Below the pieces are notes generated by a model. The model saw only the letters and a program-made list of their open reading frames with translations, was not told where the DNA came from and searched no databases. The position numbers and the translations under genes were made by a program. From NCBI GenBank assembly GCA_002269645.1, contig NIVC01002653.1, forward strand, positions 88,771 to 152,770: a stretch of DNA of 64,000 nt. The letters run 5' to 3'. This DNA is from Macrostomum lignano. Lineage: Eukaryota. Positions 13,358 to 25,400 of this stretch are shown here, one piece after another (the first letter of the stretch is position 1; each line of letters begins with the position of its first letter).

Positions 13358-13465
13358 CTAGTTGTTCGCCGAGAGCCGCAGCTCCTGGGAGCCGCTGGGG
13401 CCGCCGACATCCGCCTGGGTATCCGACAGATTCTGCATGGCGTCCTCGCTTGTGGAGTCCTCGGA
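13358..13465 (-). CDS. Putative terminal Cav3 coding exon (SEDSTSED…RLSANN*)
   Basis: TTTCAG acceptor, phase 0, stop TAG at 13360-13358; little homology. Confidence 0.55.
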   Translation of the reverse strand, partial: SEDSTSEDAMQNLSDTQADVGGPSGSQELRLSANN

Positions 13466-16400
13466 CTGAAACAGGTGAGGATTGAAGTTTCCCGGAATAG
13501 TGTCGGTAATCGTCTCGGTAATCGTGTCGACAGTAGTGTCGGTAATAAAGTCGCTAATAATTTTGAAAGTGTTATAATTTTGTCGGTACTAATGTCGGAA
13601 ATAGTGCCGGTAATATTATTAGAGTAGTGTCGGTAATTGTGTTGTTACTAACGGACCTGTCGATATTAGTATCGGCTAATAGTGTCGGTTAATAGTGTCG
13701 GATAATAGTGTCGGCTAATAGTGTCGGATAATAGTGTCGGATAATAGTGTCGGTTAATAGTGTCGGTAATAGTGTCGGTTAATAGTGTCGATAATAGTGT
13801 TGCTGGAAATAACCTTGATGCCAATTCTCACTCACCTCCTTCACCTCCCTTTGACGTCTTTCCCGTTGCCGTTGACTTTCTCGATTCTCCTCTTCAAGTT
13901 CTCGACGAATTTCTTTTTCCAGCTCGTCATCGTCTGACATCATCTTGTGCGACTCCTGCCGTTGGTAGGAAAGCAAGCTACTGCATTCGGGATAGTCCGC
14001 TCTGCCCAGATGAACCCCACTCTACCCTAAAACACCCCACTCTACCCTACAATAGCCCACTCTACCCTAAAATACCCCACTCTACCCTACTCTACCCTAA
14101 AACACCCCACTCTACCCTAAAACACCCCACTCTACCCTACAACACCCCACTCTACCCTAAAACACCCACTTTACCCTAAAACACCCCACTCTACCCTAAA
14201 ACACCCCACTCTACCCTAAAACACCCCACTCTACCCTAAAACACCCCACTCTACCCTACAACACCCCACTCTACCCTACAACACCCCACTCTACCCTACA
14301 ACACCCCACACTACCCTACAACAACCACTCTACCCTACAACACCCCACACTACCCTACAACAACCACTCTACCCTACAACACCCCACACTACTCTACAAC
14401 CACCATTCTACCCTACAACACCCCACTCTACCCTACAACACCCCACTCTACCCTACAACACCCCACTCTACCCTACAACACCCCACTCTACCCTACAACA
14501 CCCCACTCTACCCTACAACACCCTACCCTACCCAGCAACCCGGCAACCCCGGCCGCAGACCTCCAGGTGCTTCATGAGCACGGCCACCACAACGTTGACC
14601 AGCACGAACTGGGCCATGAGCACGAACACCACAAAGTAGATTGGCGCAAAAAAGCCCGACACGCAGCAGTTCTTCACGCAGCTGTCGCTGGAGTCGCACT
14701 TGCCGCGCAGGGTGTCCTTCATGATCCCGTTCCAGTTGTCCCCGGTTGCTATGCGGAACAGGGTCAGGAAGGCCATGCCGAAATTCTCGAAGTGCGCGTG
14801 ACGACTGAGACCGTCGCACGGGTTGTCCAGTGAGCACTCTGCCAGGGGATTAGTTATTGGTGACGTGACGCGAAAGTCAGGAGCTGATTGTTGTTTAATA
14901 ACGAATGTGAATGCTTGCGATATATTTGTAAAATAGCTTAGGTACTTGACGAGTTGAAAACCGAGAGAAATAGCTTAAATATTGTAAATATTGGATTTCA
15001 CAGATGCACTGACACTGTGAGTGGAGAGAGTACAAAATGGTAGAGACTTAAGGGGCGAGGCAATGGCTAGCGCAATGATGCATGGTTGCTAGAATAACTC
15101 GAGATGAAAGACAAACTATATGCTGCGCTATTGAAACGATGAAAAACGAAAAGGCCTTTTGAGCGAGATGCTCTGGGTCGATATATTTAATGAGCTGAGT
15201 GAAAGCGTACAATACACGTGAGCGTAATGTGGGGTGGGGCGATCAGTGAAGAATGAAAGTGGTGCGATCAATAATTAGGGACTGTACGTATGAGCAAAAT
15301 AAATATGTTAGCCTAATTGAACGTACATGTAGCTATTGCAAACGAAAAGTTTAAGAAATACCACGAGACAGTGGCAGCTCCAGAACATACCCCCCACCTT
15401 GACATGTCTATGGCAAAAACAAAATAATGATGCAAAAATGTAATTTTGAAAATGAGTGGCAGTGGAAGCAAAATCTATGAGATAAAGATGCAGAAAAAGT
15501 TATGACGCAGAACTTACGCATTTCGTACTTGTACAAAACTTGACTAAACAAAATTGTCTTGCTGGGCTCTGTTACAGTAACCGAAAATGTAGAAAAAGAA
15601 AAGAAACGCGCTTGAGTTCGAAACATAAACTGCAGTTGTATAGCATTTCACGGAAAATGATTTTAAGACAATCAACCCATTACCAGAGAGTGATGTGATT
15701 ACAAGACAAAGGACAACGTGAAATCGCGATGCAACATGGTTAAATTTGGATTACGATATAAATAATAATCGATTCAAAAAAATTAACAACCTAAATTACG
15801 AAGGCAAACACCAAACTCAAAATTTAAACATGATCGAAATAAACGTATTCGACAAACAAACAAACTAAAACTAAGTAATCATTCGCACACCGAAAAAAAA
15901 CACTGTCTAGAAAGCGACAAAAATGATAATGACAGAATGACGAAAATGAAAATACGAATCGACACGGGGATTAACAGTTACAGTCCATCGATCAGTGAGT
16001 CATAGTCAGCCTTCAATCAGTAATCAATGGGCACAGTCTGTTGATTGGCCGCGTCAGAACCTTGTCCGCCAGCTGCACCTTTGCTACGCGAACATGGCCG
16101 TCTCGACCCGGGTACACCTCCAGGACTCGAGCCAGAGGCCAGTGACCCAGAGGGCTGTCCGGACAGACATACAGCACGACGTCCCCGGGCTTGAGGTCGA
16201 GCTTTGGCAAGATGATTGGTGATCTGATACTAACCGGCAATGCTTCGGCCAACTGTAGACGACTCTCTGAGCGAAGAACGCCGCTAGGATCGAGTCTGGG
16301 ATGCATTCTAGCCAGCTTGCTGCTCTCAGAAACGCTCTTGTTCTTCCTCAAGGCGGAAAGCTCCGTGCTGAATGCATCTTGCTGCACATCCTTGATGATT

Positions 16401-19400
16401 CTTAACTCCGCGTCTTCCAGCTCCGACGCCTGCAGCTCTCCTCGAGTTCGGTACTGTGGTTCGAAGCGACAATTGTTGGCAAATCTGCTAATCCAGGCAT
16501 TTACCCTCAGGAATTTCATCCAGCTGGAGAACCTGCTCGGATCGAGCCGCTCTACTTGATGCTTTCTTTGCTCGCTGGTGACGATTGTTGCACACATGAC
16601 CGCTTCGGACGGGACTAAATCTTTCGCCGAACCTTTCGTCTCCAGGTCTGCTGGTCGCTCCAACCTGGTACTTGGCCACTTGTAATCGTCATGATGTAAA
16701 AACTCTGGACCGTTTTTCCATTTCTGATCCTCGGCCAGCTGAGTTATCGTTGCGCCTCTTGACAGCAGATCAGCAGGATTGCACGCCGTTGGCACGTGTC
16801 TCCACTGGTTCGGATCAGTTGTCTGCTGGATTTCTCCGATGCGATTCGCAACGAACGGTTTAAAGAAGCGTCCTCTTCCACGAATCCAAAACAGAACGTT
16901 CATGCTGTCCGACCAGAATACCGCATCTTTGATGTTCATCTCTAGTGCCTTGGCAATCTTGACCGCTAGATTCAGCCCAATGACCGCTGCCATCAGCTCC
17001 AGCCTCGGAATGCTCATAGTTGCTATGGGTGCAACTCGAGACTTGGCAGCGATGAGCCGAACGGATATCGAGGCGTCGGTGTACTTGCATCGTAGATAAC
17101 ACACTGCTCCGTAGGCCTTCTCCGAAGCATCGACAAAGCAGTGAAGCTGAGACTGCGTAGGTACGCAAGAGAACTGCAGACAGCGATAAACTCGAAAGCA
17201 GTTCAGCTTCGTCAGGTCAGCACACCATGCTTGAATCCTCCTTTGCAGAGCCTCGTCCGGCGCTTCATCCCAATCAAGGCCGCTGCACCAGAGCTCCTGC
17301 AGTAGTATCTTTGCCTGCTCGGTGAAAGGTGCTATCAATCCGATAGGATCGTACACTGAAGCCAATCTCTTTAGCAGATCCTCTTTGACTTGACTGGTCT
17401 CAGCTCGCTATCAGCAACAAAGGTGAATTCATCGTCCTCACTTTTCCAGACTACTCCAAGCGTCTTCGAAACTGGCAACGGCTGACCATCCAGGCTCACC
17501 TCCGCGACTCTATCCTCTGGTGCTACACACGCAAGCAATGCTCTCGAGTTTGAAATCCACTTCCTAGCGTGCATACCAGCTCGCTCCCACAATTGGCTCA
17601 GCTCCTGATACAACTGAATAGCCTCTGAATCAGTCTTCTTCGAATCCAGGCAGTCATCCATGTAAGTTGACTGGAGCACTGTTTCTGCGGCCGATGGAAA
17701 CTCCTGCTTCAGCTTCTTCGCGTGCTCCTGAGTCACGAATTGCGCCAGAAATGGTGAGCTCGTTGCTCCAAAAACCCCTCGGTTGAACTCGAATGTCTGT
17801 GGTACCTTTGTCGGATCCATGTCCCGCCACAGAAAGCTGTGCGCTGCCCGATCTTCTGGTGCGATCGCGATTTGCAAGTACATTTCAGAAATGTCGCAAG
17901 CAACCGCCACTGGATGCCTCCTGGAGCGCAGGAGCACATCAACCAGATCTTTCTGAAGCTTCGGTCCTGCCAGCATAAGGCTATTTAACGACTCCTCACC
18001 GCCAGCTGAAGCATCAAAGACGATGCGCACCTTGGTAGTTGCCTTATCCATTCGAACCACTGGGAAATGAGGAAGGTGATACATGTTCGCTGGTTGTTGC
18101 TCATGCTCCAGTACTCTTCTGATGTAGCCAACATTTTCGTAGCGACTGATGACGTCCTGATACTGCTTTGCTAGATCCGGATCTTTGCGGAGCCTCTTCT
18201 CGGTATTTGCAAGCCGCCTGATAGCCATTTCAAAGTTGCTATCATTAAACGTGACATCCGGTTTCCACGGAATGCCAACTTGGTATCGCCCATCGACGAA
18301 CTTTAGCGATGATCGAGTTCTTTCCAAAGCGAGCTGCTCTGCATTAGTAAATGAAGATGGTTCGATGCTTCTCACCTCTTCTACTTCCCAAAACTGGCGT
18401 AACAGTGGCGCTAAATTCTCAGACCCGCCTCGGCTGAAGAACGTGTTTGCAAACAACGCGTGCTCCGAAGCTCCATCAACTCTACCGATACAAGTCCAAC
18501 CTAAAGGTGTCAGCCGCGCTTGCGGATCTCCTGGGTTGCCGGTCACTTCCAACTGTGATGCATGCAAGTCTGGGTGATCGACTCCGATCAGCAAGTCAAC
18601 CTCCGCTGGCGTTTGCATTCTTGGAAACGGAATGTTTGCTAAGTGCGACCATTTCGACGCCAATTCTTGCCAATCTACTACTTCCATGTTCCCTGTCACT
18701 CTATCTACCGTCAGCGCAGTAATCTCCTTGCTTATTTGGCCGTCAGTACTCTCCAAGGTGCATGACACTGGTGCTGTTATGAAGGTTTCCACCTGTCCGT
18801 TCAACACGTTTACCTGCATTGATTCCTGTTTGCCGTGCAGGCCAAGCTTGGATGCTATCGCCGTATTCAAATAGGTCTTTGTGCTGGCGTCATCAAGTAA
18901 GGCATTGACCTTCACCGCTCGCCTATTCGCCTTAAGAATGACCGGAACCGTTCGAAGTGAAACCGCACTGGCTTCTCTAGCGACCATTGTCACGGTTGCA
19001 GCTTTCGGCTTCGACTGCATTTCTTGCTCAGCACCGGCTTTGACTTCTGACTTCTCTTTCGATTCCGACCTTGCTGTCGAATGCAGCAGACGATGGTGGG
19101 ATTTGGTGCATCCATCCACGCCGCACTTTCGACATCGTCGGCAGTTCATACCGGTGTGACCATGGCCAAGACAGCGGAAACAGGCTTTGGCTTCCTGAGC
19201 AGCCTTCCATCTGTTCTCAGACGACAGTTTCCCGAACGCGGGACACTTCCATAGATCGTGCGCCTCCTTGCAGACTACACAGGAGTAGCTCCCCTTGCTT
19301 GAGCTCTTGCTTAGCTGCGCTACATGGAAGGCCTTCTGCTTGCTGTCCTTTCTTGGTTGCTCCTGACTCGATGCGGCCACCCCGTACACAATTTCTGCTG

Positions 19401-22400
19401 CCTCAGTCCGGAACTCTGCCTCACGCAAAACCCACTCTCGAAGGGTCCTAACGCCTTCTGCTTTCGCCTTCTCGAAGATCCATCGTCGAAATGCTGCGAC
19501 CATCGGCTCTGGTAACTTTTTTTGCAATCTAGCATAAAGCAGTCCATCACTAAGTTCGGAGTTCTTACCAGCTTCTTCCAAATTAATTACAGCCACATCG
19601 AGGATGTTTGCGAATTTCTTCAGCTCCTCGGCACTATTCTGCTTCACGGGTGGAAAACTATCTAGCTCTTCCAAGTAGTGCGCCAACTGTCGTCGCTTGC
19701 CGCCGTACTCACGCTCCAATCTCTCCTTGGCCGCCTGATAGGCAGCAGCCGAATGACCCAAGTGCTCTATCACCTTCAGCGCTGATCCACGCAAATACTG
19801 ACGCAACTGCAGCAGTTTGAACTCTGGTGTTGCTGGAGCCCTATCGATGCATGCCATGAAGGCAGCCTTCCACGCTTCATACTGTTGCTTGTCGCCATAG
19901 AATGTTGGAATCTCCACTCTGCGCAACATCTTCCAGAGATCCTTCGACAGCTCTTGCTCCGAAGAGTTGCCGAGCCTGCATTCGTCTACTGATTCAGAAG
20001 AGCTTGTTCGATCATCCGCTCTCATCTCGAAACCCGCATGCTGATTTGAAGAAGGCAGGTAGCCAAACTCACCAAGGTCTCTGTAGGGCCTCTGCTGTCT
20101 CTGTCCTCGCATGAAGTCCGGCTCTGCAACACTGAATCCGATTTGCCGATCTAGATTGACTGCACCCAGCGATTGGGCTGTCGCTGCCGCCGACTCTGCC
20201 GCCGGCTCTGCTGCCGACGCTGCCGCTGTCTCCTGAGGAACTTGTGCCGCTGCAGATGGTGACTGCTGAGTTGCTAGGAAACGCTGGACCTCTCGCATGC
20301 TGACGCGGTAGTCCTCCTCGACGGTTTCTATTTCATCGAGCAGCCGAGAGTGCTGTGCTGCGTCGCTGTTGTTTCGTTGCAACTCGTCGCTCAACTCATA
20401 CAGCGCCTCGATTGTTCCCTCGAAGATCTCGGTTACGGCTTCGCACTGGTGCTGAATTTCGCTCTTGTCAGAACCGTCTTGTAGTAGCCAGGCCAGTTTA
20501 TTTCGATTCTTGGTCAGCGCAGACTTGAACTTGGTCTTTTGTCGCCTCAGAGCATTCAGCGAAGCAACATCGGGCTCTGGCGCTTGCTTCTGTTTTTCGT
20601 CGTCGCTCATACTGATCTAACAGACTATTGGACACGATGTACTGTGGCTTGAGTAACCACGCTCTGCTACCAAATGGTTGCTAGAATAACTCGAGATGAA
20701 AGACAAACTATATGCTGCGCTATTGAAACGATGAAAAACGAAAAGGCCTTTTGAGCGAGATGCTCTGGGTCGATATATTTAATGAGCTGAGTGAAAGCGT
20801 ACAATACACGTGAGCGTAATGTGGGGTGGGGCGATCAGTGAAGAATGAAAGTGGTGCGATCAATAATTAGGGACTGTACGTATGAGCAAAATAAATATGT
20901 TAGCCTAATTGAACGTACATGTAGCTATTGCAAACGAAAAGTTTAAGAAATACCACGAGACAGTGGCAGCTCCAGAACAATGCACGTGGAACAGAGTAGA
21001 GTACGCATAGAGTACACAATGATTTACTGAGTACACGCAGATCGCAAGCTGCAAACAAGGTGACTAAGCGAAGTTAAATAAACAAGCCCCCCACAGTTAC
21101 CCAGCTCACAAACCAAACAACCGTCACTTCATCTCCCCCCTTCGAATCGAGCTGGTGGCAGGCCCCTTGTCGAACGAATCGGATAGCGAGGCAGCTTCAC
21201 CGGCGAGGGGCCGGCGGTGCTTTCAGCCATCGGCTCCGGCCGATGCAACTCGGTTGGCTCCCCGCCCTGCAGTCCGATAGCTTTGCCATCTTCAGCGGAT
21301 GCAGTAGCGGCGTCGCTGCCACCGCTGCTCTTGGCATCTTGGCAGCTGGTCTGCGGCCTTGACAGCATCGCATCCTCGTCCGTGGCGCGGGAGGTTGCCG
21401 GATCATCGGCTCCGGCCTCGATGCGTTCACTCAGCTGGTCTGCATGCGCCAGGACGGTGCGACCGCCTTGGCGGGCGATGATGGCCGTGTTCGTCCCTTT
21501 CTGACATAGAAACTCGGCCGGCTCGCGCTCCAGCCCTGCGCCCGGTGCGTACCAGATGTTGGCTCTAATTGGCGTCTTCATCGTGATAGGATTGCGAAGC
21601 TGCCGTCCCATGAGCTGTGCTGGACTCTGGGCCCGGCCGGCGTGCGGAATGCACCTGTAATTGAGTAAGAGTCTGAACAGGAATGAGTTGTACGGCTCCG
21701 ACGCTTGGTCCCAGGCCGCCGACGCCCTCTTGATCGAGCCGACCATCCGTTCCGCAAGTCCGTTCGATTGCGGATGCCTTGGAGGAGTTTTGAGGACTCG
21801 ACAGCCGATTCGCTCAAGCCAGGACAGCAGTACGGCGTCGTGATACTCAGCGGCATTATCACTAACCAGGACGTGCGGGACACCGTTTCTAGCAAACACT
21901 GACTGAAGAGCGGCTTTAACAGTCGCAGCATCGCGGTTTGGCACTCTCAGGACCTCAGGCCATCCTGACATAGCATCGACTAGAATGAGCACCAGTCCAA
22001 CCTTGTGGCGTGGTCCATATGCACGCGATGCCACGGCTCGTCTTCCTTTGGCCACTGATGTACCGTAGGTGTGCCAGAGGGCCGAATTCGCGTGCAGGTG
22101 GGGCAGTTGCGTACGTGCCGCTCCACGTCCGTGCAATATCCTGGCCACCAGGCCGAGTTGCGGATTAGTGCGCGAGTTGCCATGGTTCCCTGATGCGAGT
22201 CATTGTGTACCTGATCCAGGACGCGCTGCCTGAGTGTCGCAGGAATCACCGGTCGATCACCGTAGCAGAGAATGCCGTCGTCTATCACTAAGGCATGGCG
22301 AACTGACTTGTACGGCCTCTCAGCTGGGGAGCATCCTGACCATCTGCTTGATGCGACTCGCTCAGCAATATCTTGGAGTAGACGATCGCGCTGGGTCTCC

Positions 22401-25400
22401 GCTTGCAGCTCCTCCCATGGAATCACCGGGCCGCCTGCCCAATGAACCAGACCTTCCAAGGCAGCAGGTTCTGATTCGGATAGTTCACCGTTGCAGTCAA
22501 GGCGAGAGAGGGCATCAGCGTGTGGAATGTGCTCGCCTCTTGTGTAGATCGTGTCAAAATCGAAGGCCATTAGCTTGATCGCCCAGCGAAGTAGCCGAGC
22601 GTTCGCCACCTTTGGAAGTTGCCGCCGCGCTCCGAAGAGAAACTCTAGAGGCCGATGATCTGTCCGTAGAGTGAATCGGGCACCGAGAAGGAATTGCTTG
22701 GCGCGTTCCATCGCCCAAACGATGGCGAGGGCCTCTCTTTCGATATTCGAATAGCGCGACTCCGTGCTGCTCAACCGTCTGCTAAGGTATATAACCGGGT
22801 GGCCGTTTTGGGTGAGCACAGCGGCGATGGCCCTCTCACTGGCATCTGTGGTAAGAGTCGTCTCTTTGGTCTTGTCGTAGGGCTGTAGGACTGGCGCACT
22901 GCTAAGAATGGCTTTGATTCTCTCGAAGGCCTGAGTCTGATCGGTTTTCCAACTGAACTTTGCGTTCTTGGTTCGTAACCGGTTGAGTGGCTCGATGATC
23001 TGTGAGTAGTTGCGAACGAATCTGCCAAAGAAGTTGGCAAGGCCAAGAAAAGATTCTAGTTGCTTCTTGTCTTCCGGAGTCTTGACGGCGCGGATCCGAT
23101 CGGCTAGATTTGGATCAGGAGAAATTCCTCTCTCGCTGACTCTGTACCCGAGAAATGAGACCTCCCTAGCCTTGAGGGTTGATTTTTCCAAGTTGATTGA
23201 CATTCCTGCCTTCTTTAGGGTAGCTATGACGTTTTTGACTTTTGAGTCGATCTCTGAGTCAGATTTTCCGCCTAGAAGAATGTCGTCCTGATAAACTATC
23301 TTGCCGGTGATGTCAGTAAGGACAGATTCCGTTGCCTTTTGAAAGATAGATGATGCAGATTTGAGGCCTGGAACGAGACGCTTATAGCGATAGAGGCCCA
23401 AAGGTGTGGCGATGGTGGTGATTTCTCTGCTGTCTTCGTCAAGCTCTATCTGCAAATATGCATCCGAGAGGTCGATTTTGGAGAAATGCGACATTGTCTC
23501 CATCTCAGGCATTGGGTACGTATCATTGCACACCTGGTGATTAACTCCTGCTTTGAAGTCCGCACAGACGCGCACCTTTCCGTTAGGTTTCAGCACACTG
23601 ACAATTGGTGAGGCCCACTGACTCCCTCCGGCTGGAACAGGTTCAATTATCTGCTCAGCCTCCATTCGCTTGAGTTCCTCATTAACCCGGTCTCGCAGGT
23701 GAATGGGAACGGGCCTGGCTGCGCAGTAAAACGGTTTTGCTCCGTCAACAAGGCGAATCTTGGCTTTGAAGTTTTTGAGACATCCTAGCTGGCCGACAGC
23801 GTTGATTGTAATAGCGTCCCCTTGCAGCTTGATGACGTCCATTCCCAGCAGTCCATGTGGCTTGCTGGCCTCCGTGACGATTAAGTCCAGTGTGACAAAG
23901 TTGGTGTCGGTTTCTAGGGAGGCAGTGAATTCTCCTAGACAGGAAATGCTGGATCCGTCGTACTGCCTGAGTGTTCGCCTGCACCTTTTGAGAGAAGGGC
24001 GGCCGAGCTTGACCCACAGATTTTGCGGAAGTAGACTCACCTCGGCCCCTGTGTCAATCTGCATGGGCAGGGTCCGACCATTGATCTTCGCCTCGTGAAA
24101 GAGTCCGTTGCTACGCCCTGGAGCGACCACGAAAATGTCGGCTGGCTCTTGGTCTTGATTCTCACGATCGCTTGTTGATTCTTCTTGGGTCAAGTGCACT
24201 TCTCTGGATCTGCAGACCGCCGCAAAATGATTCTTTCGTTTACACTTGGTGCACCTCTGACCGAAAGCCGGGCAACTGCCTTTGGGGTGAGTTGTACCGC
24301 AGTAATAGCACCTGCCTTTACCGGCCGCTCCTGAGGACTTGGCTGCCGCACCGGCCGTTCTTGGTTGACCTGCAAAAGCGATCTCCAGGGGAACGGGCGC
24401 GCCTGATGAAGCGGTGTTGGTCGTGCCTTTATTGTACTGTTGGATTTGCTCGAGCTGCTGCAGGTTTTGCAGGATATCGTCAAGAAGTTTTTCTTCGCCT
24501 TGAAGCTGCTCCAAAATCCTCTTCTTGTGTTCGGCAGAGGCAAGGCCGTCGATTAGCCTCATTGCGATGAGGTCGTTTTCCTTGGACTGCTTGGCCCCAA
24601 GTTCCTCGAATTCGCAGAGCGCCGCCGCTGCTCGAAGCCGACGGTAGTAAGTGCTGATCGATTCACCTGGCTCTTGTTTGAGGCTTAGAAATCTGGTGCG
24701 TTCAGCGATGACCAGCCTTTTCTTAGGCCGGATTGTTGCTGTTACTAGTGTCTCGATTTCGCTAAATTTGAGTGCCTCCAGCTTTTTTGGTGCGGCCATC
24801 AGAGAGAGCGTCCGGATCGCCTGTAGTCCAGCCTTGGACAGGAACAAGTCAGTCTTATCCCGCGCTTCGTCCGTGTCCGTAAGTTTCTTAATGCGGGCCG
24901 TGGCGGAAAGCTGCTGCATCCATGCCTCAGCGAGTTCAGGATCATTGAGGTTGAGTTCTTGACTCCGAATTTCGCCTGCTTGCGACGCCATTGACGTGAC
25001 GCGAAAGTCAGGAGCTGATTGTTGTTTAATAACGAATGTGAATGCTTGCGATATATTTGTAAAATAGCTTAGGTACTTGACGAGTTGAAAACCGAGAGAA
25101 ATAGCTTAAATATTGTAAATATTGGATTTCACAGATGCACTGACACTGTGAGTGGAGAGAGTACAAAATGGTAGAGACTTAAGGGGCGAGGCAATGGCTA
25201 GCGCAATGATGCACGTGGAACAGAGTAGAGTACGCATAGAGTACACAATGATTTACTGAGTACACGCAGATCGCAAGCTGCAAACAAGGTGACTAAGCGA
25301 AGTTAAATAAACAAGCCCCCCACAGTTACCCAGCTCACAAACCAAACAACCGTCACTTCAATTGGGATTAGAGGACCTGCAGGATGAGTTGTTCGGCTAA

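Larger units (their letters stand above)
15083..20979 (-). mobile_element. BEL/Pao LTR retrotransposon (5897 bp), integrase-deleted, nested in the gypsy 3' LTR
   Basis: TSD ATGCA (15078-15082 and 20980-20984). 305-bp LTRs at 15083-15387 and 20675-20979. PPT GGTGGGGGGTA next to the left LTR. PBS next to the right LTR. Confidence 0.96.
14861..25360 (-). mobile_element. Ty3/gypsy LTR retrotransposon (Mag-like; ~4.6 kb without the nested element); 3' LTR interrupted by a BEL/Pao element
   Basis: TSD ATTGG (14856-14860 and 25361-25365). 369-bp LTR 24992-25360 (TG…CA on minus). 3' LTR split into 14861-15082 and 20980-21131. PPT at 21132-21141. PBS TGGCGTCGCAAGCAGG. Confidence 0.96.

Noticed and set aside
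15408-15626. Hydrophobic 72-aa ORF between BEL pol and its 3' LTR (possible env)
   Set aside because: Too short, AT-rich low-complexity 3' UTR, no signal peptide or furin/TM organisation.
16191-24962. Many plus-strand and alternate-frame ORFs over the retrotransposons
   Set aside because: Shadow ORFs of GC-rich pol sequence with no recognisable motifs.
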